From positions 310,001-374,000 of the forward strand of contig QPMI01000056.1 of NCBI GenBank assembly GCA_004431415.1: 64,000 nucleotides of DNA, given 5' to 3'. Source of the stretch: Cyanophora paradoxa CCMP329 (taxonomy: Eukaryota; Plantae; Glaucophyta). Positions 12,287-24,506 of the stretch are shown piece by piece (the first letter of the stretch is position 1; the number at the start of each line of letters is the position of its first letter). Position numbers and translations under genes: made by a program. The notes beneath the pieces were generated by a model, which was not told where the DNA came from, did not search any database, and was given only the letters and a program-made list of their open reading frames with translations.

Positions 12287-14659
12287 ATGGGCTTTACGAT
12301 CGCCGGCGTGGATGCCGGGCAGGGCACGCCGGACTCCGGCAAGCCGGCGGCGCACCGGGCGAGGCACGGCGTGCTCGCAGGAGCACAGGGAGAGCTGGAG
12401 ACCCCGGCGCTGCTGGTGTACACCCGCCGCGGCTCGCCCATCGCCCTCACGGCACAGACACTGGCCTCGATCCCCGGCGCTCGGTGCCTCGAGATGAACG
12501 TATTCGATCTGTGCGTCGTCCGCCGCCTCCCGTGCTCCCGCTTGGCGCTGCTCACCGCCCTTGATCCCAGCTGCGACTCGCCGGGCGCCAACGTGATGCG
12601 GCTCTTCGGGAAGCGGATCCACGATTTCCTCAACTTCCGCGACCGCCTCGTCTTCCTGAACACGCGCGACTCGCTCGCCTTCCGGAGCTGCCCGCCCGTC
12701 AGCGCCAGCCAAGTCTCGTCCGAGTCCTTCGGCGGGCGCACCTCCGTGCGCGGGGCTTCGCCTGCACTCACCACGCGCGCGGCACGCCGCTGAACGCTCG
12801 TCCGCGTGCGCAGCTCTCGCCGCAGGGATTCATGGACATCGTCGATACGTTCAAGGTGCGAGGGTCGAGGCCGCGCCGCCGGGGCCAAATTTGATCCCTA
12901 CTTGATCCCGATTCGATCCGTGCAGCCCGACTTCTTCGCGTGTCTCTCGGACGAGGTGCCCGCGACTGTCGGGCAGAAGCGCGTCCGCAAGTCCGTCGAC
13001 CACACGCTGGGGTACCACGAGCAGTGCCTCGCCCTGCACAGGCACCGCGAGCGGGTACCAGGACGACCCTTTCATGTACCCTCGCCTCCCGCGTTCTTAC
13101 TCGCCGCCCGCAGTCTCAGATGTTCGGAGTGGTGCAGGGCGCGTGGGACGTGCGGGAACGGGTACGGTGCGCTCAGAAGGTCGCCGCGATGGACGTGGCG
13201 GGTACGAGAAAGAATCCCTCCGATCGCTCACCTGAGCCCGAGCTCACGCCCCGGGTACAGGGTTTGTACTCGGCGGGTTTGGCCTGGGAGAGAGCCCCGC
13301 GGACCGTGACGCCTGCATAGCCGCCGTCCTGGTGATCCCCTAACCCGTACCCCCCCTCCGCTATCCTCCTTTAGCCCCGGCACAGGACGCGCTACCCCCC
13401 GACAAGCCGCGCCTCCTCACTGGCCTCGGCTCACCTGAGGACATCGTCAAGTACGTGGACTGGGGGATCGACCTCTTCGACTCCGCGTACCCCCCCAGCC
13501 CCCCTCCTTCAAGATTTCACGTATCCCTTGACGCACGCGCAGGTACCCTGTTGTCATGAGCCAGTTCGGGTACGCCATGGACCTGGGCGCGGCGGTGCGG
13601 GCAGGATCCTGTACCCCCCGCCCGGCCTACCCTCCACCCCCCGACTCTGCCGCAGATCCGCGCTGGCTCTGGGGAGGACGGTGCGGCGCCGGGGGCGGGC
13701 CTGGACGTCGTAGACACGAAAGTGAACCTGTGGGACAAGTGCGGCTCACTCGAAACATCTAAATTTAGACCCATCCATGATCTCTACGCTTCTTCTTCTC
13801 TTCCCTTATTCTGATGCTCTGATACAGGAAGCACGCGGGGGACGACGGCCCCCTGGTGGCCGGCTGCGCCTGCTTCGCCTGCCGGAAGCACTCCCGCGCC
13901 GTGCGCCTTCCCCCCCGTCCCTCTAAGAGATCTAGACCCGCGGAGGGGCTCATAGGAGCGGGCGCCCGCCCCTGGGTGTGCAAGGAAGATCAGGATCTAA
14001 ATACGAGTCCCAGCGCCCTGCCCTTCCATCCCGTAGACCCAGTGACCTAAACGCGCGTAGTTCGAGAGGGTCATGCGCGTAGTTCGAGAGGGTCATAGGA
14101 GCGTGAGTCCGTGGCTTGCGAACGAAGGCATCCTCGCCTACTTCCCTAATTCCTGCCCGCCCTTGCCCGCACCGCCTCCCGCGCGTCCCGCCCCCCCCCC
14201 CCCCCCCCCTCCCCCTGAACCGCGTACCCCCGCAGTACGTGAACCACCTGCTCATCACGCACGAGATGCTCGCGGAGGTCCTCCTCAACCTGTGCGTACC
14301 CCTGCCCCGCCCCGCCCCGCCCCCCCCCCGCCCCCCTTAGGGAGGGGTACGGGGCCATATGGATGCGGCATTTCGCCCCGGGGCTCTCTTTGGCTCCCTC
14401 CCGCCCAAGAAGGACCCGAGAGGGGTTGGGCCCTAGGAAGGAGGGTCCTGAGAAGGGTCCGTCTCCGTACCCCTCCTAACCACCCGTACCCCCCCCGCGC
14501 CGCAGGCACAACCTGCACCAGTACGAGGAGTTCTTCGCGGCGGTCCGGCGGCACCTCCGGGAGGGCAGCTGGCCCCGGTTCCGAGCCGGCTTCCTCGCCG
14601 CCCGCGCCGGCGGCGGCGGCGGCGCCGGCGGCGGGGCCGACGGGCCGCCCACGGCTTAG
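12287..14659 (+). CDS. QTRT2: Queuine tRNA-ribosyltransferase accessory subunit, multi-exon
   Basis: ETPALLVYTRRGS, KRVRKSVDHTL, FGVVQG, PDKPRLLTGLGSPEDI..GIDLFDSAYP, zinc site CACFAC...YVNHLLITHEMLAEVLLNLHN. Confidence 0.9.
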
Positions 14660-14716
14660 TTGACCTTCGTGTGGTCCGTGCTTGCGTTGAGAATCAGAGT
14701 TCGATGGATGGACGCC

Positions 14717-15151
14717 GGAGCGCGGCACGGCAGGCTGCGAGGGCCGCGGCCGGAGCCTCGGGGCGAGTGGCGGGTGCACCTGGATCTGCACGCTCGAGCT
14801 GGAGTGGCCTGGACCTCGGGGCGAGCGGCGGGTGCGCCTCGGGGGGCGAGCGGCGGGTGCGCCTAGCTCGCCTGGCTCTGCAGACTCGAGTTGAGAGTGG
14901 CCTGGACACCGCCTGGGCCGTCGCCGCCAGGCCTCGAGGGCCGCCGGGGGCTTGCCAGCACGCGGCCCTAGTCCGGCCCCTTGGAATTGTGCAATCGTGG
15001 GGGGCAATGGCTGGCGGCCAATAACTGGGTACAGCCCCGCCACGAGTACTAGTGTTAGTGTCTTGTTCGCTCGGACTTCCAGCAGTCCTTGTTCCTGGCC
15101 TTGCGCCAGTCCCTGTTCGCGAGTGATGATCAGCTATCCCTCGAACCTCCC
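14717..15151 (+). repeat. Diverged duplicate of the ADP/ATP carrier upstream region plus its first ~9 codons
   Basis: Colinear similarity to ~15997-16332, ending in ATGATCAGCTATCCCTCGAACCTCCC (MISYPSNLP), followed by unrelated sequence. Confidence 0.85.
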
Positions 15152-16305
15152 GGAGTCCCCGCGGCGACGCCGTCGGCCGGACGCCTCTGTACCGTAGCAC
15201 GCTGTGACATCTCAGAGTCTGTACACGGCCGCGAAGCTAAAGCTAAAAGGGAGGGACCTGCCGGCTACTACTAACTATAGGCTACGCCTCCACGCATACT
15301 CGAGGCCTGGGTCGAGGGCAGGCCCGAGTCTGCCTGCCCCGCCCCTCGATGCTCCCACGGCTGCCGCGGCCGCAGCCGGGGGCCGGGGATGGGGGCGGGG
15401 GGCGGATTGGACTGCAGGCGGAGCCGCCGCCGCGCCGCTCCGAGCCTCGAGCTCGGCACGCCCGCCCGCCCGCCGTGTAGCGGCCAGAGCGCCGGGAGAC
15501 GCACGCACTGCAGCTGCGTCACTGCGGCACTCAAACCACTGCAGGCTCAGCCGCTGAGCTGGAGGCCAGCATGAATGAGCTGAGCCTCGGAGCGACGAAA
15601 GCGCACGCGAGCTCGAGCGCTTGACTGCAGGCGGCGGACGCCGCGCGGCCGCGGGGTCGCAGACGCGGCCGCGGGAGGCCGCGCGCTGCACGCGCATTAG
15701 AAGCGTGAACGCGAAGCCCGCACGAGTAGCTTTAGATCTGGAGCGACAGCACGCTCCAGCTTGGCAAGCCGGGCACTGGGCACCCGAGCGCGAGCATGCG
15801 CACCGCAGCTGCACGCGCCGGCCGCGCTGAACTGGGGCCTTGGCCTACAGGCTGCCGCGGCAAAGCGTCAAACTCGGGCCCGCATCAACCGATCATCGAC
15901 GAAGCGCACGCTTGAGCAGGTGCTCAGAGGCTAGCCGGGGCTGATTACCGCGCGCAGCAGCTGAGCTAGTCCTCTGCCGAACAAAGTTATGGTCGCGGGA
16001 GCGCGGCAGGCTGCGGGGAGCGCGGAGCCTCGGGGCGAGCCGCGGATGCGCCTGAGTCTGCCGGCTCGAGCTGAGAGTGGCCTGGCCCGCCTAGGCCGTC
16101 GCCGCCAGGCCTCAAGGGCCGCCGGGGCTTGCCAGCACGCGGCACTAGCTATAGTATGGCCTCGGAATTGTGCAATCGTGGGGGGCAATGGCGGGCGGCC
16201 AAATAACTGGGTACAGCCCCGCCACGGCCAGTGTTAGTGTCTTGTTCGCTCGGACTTTTTTTTCCAGTCCTTGTTCCTGGCCTTGCGCCAGTCCCTGTTC
16301 GCGAG

Positions 16306-17810
16306 ATGATCAGCTATCCCTCGAACCTCCCCGCGGCGTCGCCGGTGTACATCCCGGCCGCCAAGGTTCGCGAGCAATCTGCGCGCGAGGCGTGGCTCTT
16401 CGGTCCTGACTCCGCGCGCGCAGGAGAAGAAGGATGGCAGCAGCGCCCTCGTTTCTTTCGCCAAGGATCTGATTGCTGGCGGTGTTGCGGGCGGTGTCTC
16501 GAAGACCATCGTCGCTCCCATCGAGCGCGTGAAGATTGTGCTCCAGGTCCAGGATGCCAACGACCAGATCGCCAAGGACAAGAAGTACAAGGGCATCGTT
16601 GATGCTTTCCGCCGCATCCCCCAGGAGCAGGGTGAGCCCATTTCCCCAACCAATGACGTTTCATAGAGCATCGCGGGCGCGGCGTAGGGCGTCTGCGCCT
16701 AGCATTTCCTTGCATTGAGGCTAATGGAATGCTTCTTTTCGCGTCTTTCGCGCAGGCTTCTGGTCTCTGTGGTGAGCAGGCGCCGCTTCCGACTTTTTGC
16801 CGAGTCAGCCCTGACCCCTCCCTCTTCTCGCAGGCGTGGCAACCTCGCCAACGTCATCCGTTACTTCCCCACCCAGGCGCTGAACTTCGCCTTCAAGGAC
16901 AAGTACAAGCAGATCTTCGTCGGCAACTACAAGCCCGACAAGGACTTCTGGCGCTTCTTCGCGGGCAACCTCGCCTCGGGCGGTGCTGCCGGCGCCACCT
17001 CGCTCCTCTTCGTCTACCCGCTCGACTTCGCCCGTACCCGCCTCGGTGCGCGGGCGCCGCGGCGCTCACGCGCTGCTTCTGCCCGGACCCTAGCGCTCAC
17101 GCCTCTCCTCCTCCGCGCGCAGCCGCCGATATGGGCAAGGGCGACCAGCGCCAGTTCACCGGCATGGGCGACTGCCTTAAGAAGATCCACGCCCGCGTGC
17201 GCGCCTGCGGGGCATGTGCCCAGCATGTGCCGCAGCTAACGCGTTCGTGCAGGACGGCATGAAGGGCCTGTACACTGGCTTCGGTGTGTCCGTCCAGGGC
17301 ATCATGTGCGTAGCGGTCGCGCCGCCCCTGCGATCGCCCCCGAAGCCCCGCGCTCACTGCCCTTCGCAGCGTGTACCGCGCCGCCTTCTTCGGTGGCTTC
17401 GATACCGCCAAGGGTGTCTTCTTCGGCAACCGCAAGGACGTGCCCTTCGTGCACTCCTGGCTCGTGGCCCAGCTCGTCACCACCGTCGCCGGTGCGCTTC
17501 CCTGGCTCTGCCCGCGCCCGCGCGCAGCAGCAGCAGCAGCAGCTCACGGAGGCTTGCGCTTGCAGGTGTCGTGTCGTACCCCTTCGACACCGTCCGCCGT
17601 CGCCTCATGATGCAGTCCGGCAAGAAGGAGATCCTCTACACCGGCACCCTCGACTGCTGGAAGAAGATCGCCGCCAACGAGGGCCCCCGCGCCTTCTTCA
17701 AGGGCGCCCTCTCCAACGCCATCCGTGGCTCCGGCGGTGCGCTCGTGCTCGTCATGTACGACAAGATCCAGCAGTTCCTCGGCTTCGAGGGCGGCGTCGG
17801 CGCCGAGTAA
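16306..17810 (+). CDS. AAC: Mitochondrial ADP/ATP carrier, 8 exons including a 16-nt exon at 16756-16771
   Basis: [73 protein letters not shown]. Confidence 0.97.
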
Positions 17811-18193
17811 GGCTCGCGTCTGGCCATGCAGTTCTAGTCCGTGCCCTCGGCGCGATGTGCAGTGTCTTTCAACAGTCTAGGGTACGACGCAGAGAGAGCA
17901 AGCAGGATCGGAGACTTTGTTTAAAGTAGGTTCTGCTTTTAGCGGAAAACGCGAAAAAATTCGAAAAACGCATAATTATCAACCCGCTGAGCACGTTGTC
18001 TCTGGGAAGCATTGCGGGATGGGGGGCGCGGCGGCTGACTTGAAGACACAGCGCTAGCGTGGACGATCGACATCGCGAGCCCTCAGGATTCCGGTTGGAA
18101 TTCGAATATAACGCGATTTTAAGCTTACGACTGCATTCTTATACTATTAATATTGTATTGATATGTCGCTGTGCACGTGGAGGTACGAAATGC

Positions 18194-19879
18194 TCAGCGG
18201 TGCCGGCCGCGGAGCAGGCGCGCGGGCCCCGTGGCCTCCTCCCCCTGGGCAGAGAGGGCGGCCTCCGCTTCAGCGCTGGCGGCGCCGGCCCCCGCCCAGG
18301 GCCAGCGCCGCCGGTCCGGCTCTGGAGGGGCGGGGGCGGGGACGGGGACGGGGTCCAGTCCGTAGAGGAGGCGGGAGAGGACGCGGCCCGAGGCGGCGGC
18401 GAGGCGGGCGAGGAAGGCGTCCGTGGCCGCCACGGCGAGGTCGGCGGCCTGGAAGTGCAGGTGCTGGAGGAGGGCGGGCCGGGGCGGGGCGCCAGCATTA
18501 GCGTTGCAGAACGGGAGCCTACGCTTAGAGCGGGCGAACCGAGTGCGGTGAGAGAAAGTAGATGTTGGCTGCGAGAGATACAGAGCCGGGGTCAGCGTTG
18601 TGGGACGGGAGAAGAGGCGGCAGAAGGGGGCGGACCGTCCTTGTTGATGCCGCCCGCGGCGTCCTGGCGTGGGCTTCAGGGGTATATGCGCGCGGCGGCG
18701 CGGGAAGGGGGGGGGGGAAGGGAGGGAGGGGGGGTACGAACGGAGTAGGAGCTGGTGTCCTCGGGCCCCCCGTGGCTGCACTTGCCCGCCGCTTTCCCGC
18801 GGTCCTCGCCCCCGTACTGGGCGCGAGGCGTCAGTAAAGGCCGCCGCCCGTCGCGCTGGCACTGGCTTACGTAGCCGGACGTGAGGCGCGTCGTCACGAC
18901 CTGGACGAAATGTGAGCAGGCGGGAAGTTGAGCGAGGGTGGCGCTAAGAGAGAGAGCCGCACGTTGTCGCGGCAAGCTGCGAAGATGCGCTTGTACCAGG
19001 GGCAGTCCTCGCAGGCGCGCTCGTCCGGGGGCGAAGACTCGAGGACGACGCCCGCCCAGCCCAGGCCGAGGTGCGGATCGGCGTTCCCCAGCTCGACCCA
19101 GTTCGTGTGGCTGTACTACTCGCGAAAGATCAGGACAGAGCGTGAAATTTTTAAAACTTCTGGGGTCTGCGAGTGCGCGAGCGCACGAAATCCTGTAGCG
19201 TGTGGAGCGTCCTGCCGAGGGCCGCGCGCACGGCCGCAAGGGTGTCGAGCGCCTTCGAGGGATCCGCCTCGTGCGCCAGCTCATACGCAGCCTGCCGTGG
19301 GCCCTGGGTCGCACGCACGCGAACGAAGGAAGCTTAAGGCTGTCTTCGAACCTGCTGCAGGCCGGCGATGGTCCCCGCGAATCCGGCAACTAGGATCGCC
19401 TGTCCGCCCTCAAAGTTCTCGCCATCAAAATGCAGCTCGCTGTGGCTCTGATCCTGGTCCACGCCTGCGTTTGCCTGCGCGCGCAGAGCTTGTTCAATCT
19501 TTCGAAATTAAACAGCAGCGAAACTGAACAGAGGCCGCGCGGGCAGCGGGTCGGCCGTAAACGAACCTGTATGACGGCGGTGATCGCCAGGGCGGCCTCC
19601 GTTGAGAGCACCTTGACCTCCAGGTCGCGCGAGAGCACGTTCAGGACCGCTGTCCGCCTGCGCGGCAGAACGGCGTCAGCGCGGGCTCCCTGAGGCAACG
19701 CAATGCGTTCGGCATGGTGCGTACGTGATGCCCTCGTGCGTCATCGACCCGGGCGCTGCCATCAGGTTCGCCGCGAGGTCCGTGGAGAGGAATGCGAGCG
19801 CCGCGTGCCGGCCGCAGAACGAGAGCACCAGCAACAAGACTGCGCATCCTGAGAGCCCGCCGCCTTGCGTACGCCGCAT
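18194..19879 (-). CDS. Secreted VWA7 N-terminal / Het-C-like domain protein, no vWA domain seen
   Basis: Signal-peptide-like AVLLLVLSFC; motifs THEGIT, LHFDGE, LGRTLHTLQDF|YSHTNWVELG, KCSHGG, GGINKD, HFQAADLAVAAT. Confidence 0.8.
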
Positions 19880-20116
19880 CTTGAGCTCGCCTCGACGCGC
19901 GGCGCGCGGCCCGCGAAGTCGAGGCCCGCCGCGCAGCCGCCGGCTCCTGCCCAGCCTGCGCTTCTTCCGCCGCAAGCTCCCGCGTCGTACGGCGCTGGCA
20001 AAGCTCGAGTGCGCTGTTTCTGCCCCCTTTTGATTGGTGTCGCGGCGATTTGCCTGTACCCAGCCCCAGCTTGCTCCCCGCGAGCAAACTCTTGCCACAG
20101 CCAGCCGCGGCCAGCG

Positions 20117-22011
20117 ATGTCGTCCATACCTCCGCCGCCGCCACCGCCTCCTCCTCCGTCGACCAGCACGCACCTGCGCATGCCAGAGGAGGGCGCCGAC
20201 CCGAGCACAGCTAGCTCGAACCCCTTTTCCCTGACGAGCGCCGGGAGCTCGCTGTCGAAGCGCCGTTCGTTCGAGCACACGTTCGTGAACCTCGAGGTCG
20301 CCGCTGCAGTCACGCCGATCACAACGCAGTCGATTAGCCGCGGGGGTTCCCCGCCGGCGTCCTCCCACGGACGGCGCCCATCCGGCTCCAGCGAGGCAGC
20401 CCCGACGTCTCCGCTCTCGCGCGGGTCGTCGGACGCTAAGCCTCGCCGCCCTTCGTACTCCGCGGACGCGCTCACGGCGCCGCTCTCGTCCGTCATGCCG
20501 CCCACCGTGGACACGGTGGAGTCCGGGCCTTCGCAGCCCCCGGAAGACGAGCCGGCCGCGCCCGCCGCCGAGATGCCGCTGGCGGTAGTCGCCACCAGCC
20601 CCGCGGAGCCCGCGCCCAGGGAGGCGGGGGAAGCGGACGAGGAGGACGACGAGGAGGAGGACGATGACGACGACGACGGCGCCGCGGGAGAGGTGTTGGT
20701 GCCCGTCTTCGACAGGCTGAAGGTGATGGAGAACCCGAGCTTCGTCCCCCCCACGGCCCAAGAAATCGTGGACTACGCGCGATACCTCGGTGCCCGGGCC
20801 GCGCCGCGCCCCGCCCCGAGCGCCCTCCGTAAATCTCCCGCGCAGGGATTGATCCCGTGTTCGAGGCGAACCTCCTGTGGATCGCTGAGGTGCCTTTGCC
20901 CCTCCTGCTTTACCCTTGTACCCCGCTTTCTGCGCCCTTACCCCTCGCACCCGCAGGGTACGGCCGCCCCGGGGCACCGATCCCCCGAGCGCCCATCGAT
21001 CCGCTTTCTCAGAGGCTCTGATTGCTCCGCTCCCGGAGGGGTGGGACGAGGCTGTCGACCCGTGCGCGTGTACCCCCTTCTTCCTGGCCCCGTACCCCCC
21101 TCCCCTTCCTCCCCGCCGAGCCCGCGCCCCGCAGGTACGACGACCGAGGCGATCGGTACTACGTCCACACGCGCTCGGGCCGCACGCAGTGGGGTACGCG
21201 CATGTGTGTGCCCCGCTCCCTCCCCGCCTCTGCTTATACCCCACCCGCGCGCAGCGCACCCGTACGATCTGTACTACCGCGAGCTCGTCCTGCTGGAGAA
21301 GCGGCGGGCGGCGGCGCGCGCCGCGGGGCGGGCGGGGCCCAGCGCGGCCCCTGCCGGCGAGGCGGCGGCCCCGGGCGGCGTCCCCGAGCGGCCCGTCGGG
21401 CCCAGCGAGGTCATCGCTATGGCCCGCTACCTCGGAATCGGTACCCCCTTTCCTTTATTCCCGTACCCCGGACCGAGGGTTTCACCGTACCCCCGCTTCA
21501 GACCTGGACGGGGAGGAGCCGGAGTACGAGTTCCTGCAGCTGGCGCTCCGCGCCGCGCAGGCGCCGCTACCCCCCGACTGGCGGGAGGTCGTGGACGCCC
21601 GCGGCGCGCTACCCCCCCTGCCTTCGCCCCCCCCCCGCTTAAACCTCATACCCCGCTCAGGGGCGGCGGTGTACGTGAACGGGCGGACGGGGGAGACGTC
21701 CCCCAGCAACCCGACCGACCGGATGTTCAAAGAGATGGTGCGGCGCACTAGGGAACAGCTCTTAGAGGCTCTAGTGAAGATAGATCTACCGAGGAACAGC
21801 ATTCGCGAACGCCCTGCGACCGCGTCGAAGATCTACGACTCAATCGTTCTGAGGCCTCTCTGAAGCCGCCTCCAATCAATCGTTCTGAGGCCTCTACGGC
21901 GGCAGGTGAAGCTCGAGCGAACGAAGCGGGCGGCCCGCAAGGCGGCGAGCCTCGCGTCCGAGGCGGCCGAGGGGCCCCGGGGCCCCGAGGGCGCCCCCGC
22001 CGACCCGGGCC

Positions 22012-22045
<34 letters not shown>

Positions 22046-22511
22046 GTCAGCTTCGGCTTCGGCGGCCCCCGGCACCGCCTGGCTCCTCCTCACTGACGTC
22101 AAGGGGCGCAAGTGCGTACTCTCTCTCGAGATTTCTGCATTTCTGCGTACCCCGCCGGCGCGCCGACGTCCGCGGGCGGCGGCGGGGGCGGCGGGGTACA
22201 GGTACTGGTACGACTTCGCGGCGCGGCCCGTGACGACGGGGGTACACGCGCCGGTGGCGCAGCCGCAGCCGGCGGGAGCGTCCGCGCCGCCCTCGGGCGC
22301 CGCCGCGCCCTCCCCGGAGGCTCAGAAGCCGCAGCCGGCGGGGATCATGGCGGGGGCGCGGCGATCGGTCGCGGGCGCGGCGCAGCGGATGGGCCTCGAG
22401 CTGAGCGAGAACCAGGAGTACTACGTGTCGCTTGGCGTCGCCGCGGCCTCGCTCGCCGCGGCGCCCTTCCGGCCCCTCCTCCGGTACCTCCGGGGCCCCT
22501 CTCATCAGTAG
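20117..22511 (+). CDS. Protein with two CEP164-N-like WW modules
   Basis: PTAQEIVDYARYLGIDP..LLWIAEEALIAPLPEGW...YYVHTRSGRTQW.HPYDLYYR and PSEVIAMARYLGID...APLPPDW...YVNGRTGETSPSNPTD. Confidence 0.8.
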
Positions 22512-22688
22512 GCGGGGCGACCGCGGCGACCCCCGGGCCCAGCCGGCTAACGTTATTAGTCATATTTGTTATCGTAGCTAGAGTACAGTAGTGTACATCA
22601 CAGAACAGAGAGAATGTGACGGGCTCCCGGTTACTATGTGTAGCAGCCTCCCTCGCAGTTAGGGCAGAGCTGCGGGCGTGAGTCATGA

Positions 22689-23492
22689 TCAGCACTTCAG
22701 TGAGGCCTCAGGGAGCTGCCGGGGTACAGGGCGGACCTCGATGCCGGCCCCCTCACAGTCAGGGCAGAAGACCTCCTCGCCCTTGCCCTTCTGGTGTCCG
22801 TACCCGTCGCACTTCCTGCACCTGCCGACCGACAGCGGAAGCGGGTGCGAAGTTCGTTCGCATTCAAATGAGCCTCCGAGCCCAGTGGCACCGATCGCGA
22901 GTGAAACTGCGCACCGAATGAAGCCGTCCCCTTCGCAGACCGTGCAGAGCTTCTCGCCGTCGCCCCGACCGCCGCCGCCGCCGCCGCCCTGCACGATACG
23001 GAGCCTCATGAGCGTGCAAGCACGCGTAAAGCGCCGAGCTCCCAGTCGGCGAGCCTAGGCCTGGGATCAGGAGCACGTCGTGGAAGCATACGCGTGCGTA
23101 CGCATGGGCCACCGCTCTTACTATGATAGCGGCTGGATCGCCTTGTTTAGAAGGCATTCTAACAGTAGAATGGGACGCGCGAGGTCCCGGTACGCGACCC
23201 ACGCGGCGCACGCGCGTGTCGCCGTCGACGTCAGCCGAACGACGCGCGGGGCACGAGACGTACGAACCCGTTTGGCAAAGCCGGGGACATAAGCCCACAC
23301 TCGCTGGATGGACGGCAGCCGGCTCAGCCTTCTGGACGGCACGAGTTTCGGCGCGTCGCGGTCGTGGCCGAACCACGAGGGCCGCGCGCTGCTTCGGAAC
23401 AGCTGCGCACGCGCCGCCGGAGCTTGATCGTGATGCTGCACCGCCGGCGGCGGCGCCGGCGGCCGCAGGAGCGCGAGAAACAGGTGCGCCAT
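22689..23492 (-). CDS. Small DnaJ-type CxxCxGxG zinc-finger protein, possibly organelle-targeted; middle exons unresolved
   Basis: CTVCEGDG, CRKCDGYG and CPDCEGAG repeats; upstream exon MAHLFLALLRPP...SWFG resembles a transit peptide. Confidence 0.6.
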
Positions 23493-24506
23493 TAGCCGGG
23501 TACAGCTAGTTTCGTCGCAAAAACAATGTCGCTGTTCGCCCAGGCCGCTGAGGCGCTCCGCAGCGGTGCGGTCAACGCCTCTAGAGCAACTTAATCTTCT
23601 CGCTGCAAAGAACCCAACAGACTCCAACGTTAACCGCCCTCGCCGCAGGACTTGCAACCGCGGCCGCCCGTTCAACCGGCATGGCGGCTGTCGCTCGGTT
23701 ATCGATCAAGAGAGCCGACTTTGAAGACCTTCGGTATTCTGCCCTCCTCTTCCTGCTCGTTTACAGCCACATAGGTGCGCGCGCCAGCTGCAGCGCTAGC
23801 TCTAGGTCTCGAGCTCGCGCGCGCGCGCGCGCGCCCTACTGACGTACCGACTGCTGCCGCATGTATATGTACACGCAGCCACGAACGACCGCATCAGCGG
23901 TACGTATACGCGCGCCGCGGCGCGCGTACGCGTGCGCGCGCTTGAAATTGCGCACTTAAGCTTGTACTACGGTACACACTGACTGCTCTGACTGCCGCGC
24001 CGCGCACATGCATATACACTGTTATACAGCCACGCACGACCGCATCAGCGGTGCTTTACCCGCGCCCGGCGCGGCGCCCGGCGGCCGCGGCCGCGGCATG
24101 TTCGATCTTTTCACTGAAACTTAAAGCTTGCATGCAGAGTTGAACGATCGCGAACTGCGCGGTGCGCGCCGCGGCGACGCCCTTGAACTTATTCCGGGAT
24201 CCCGCGACTCCGCCTGATCCCCGGGCCCGGCCGCGGCCCGGCGGACTCCGGGAGTTCCTACTTCCCGCCCGGCCGCCCGGACGCCGGGCTGACCGGGCGC
24301 CTCTTGATCGTATACGTATCTGCAGCTGCAATTTTGCGCGGCCAAATGCATACATCGAGCTAGCCAGATACATGTACAGACCGGGCCGGGCGTCCCATAC
24401 ACGTATAAACGCAGAAAAGCCTTGAAAGGGGCGGCCGGGCGCCCGGCCGCGGGGCCCGGCCCCAGCGGCCCGGCCCGCCGCGCGCGATCGAGCGGCGCGA
24501 TTGAGC

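Noticed and set aside
19676-21259. 527-aa minus-strand ORF
   Set aside because: Antisense shadow of the WW gene; only its last part coincides with the real first exon of the VWA7-N gene
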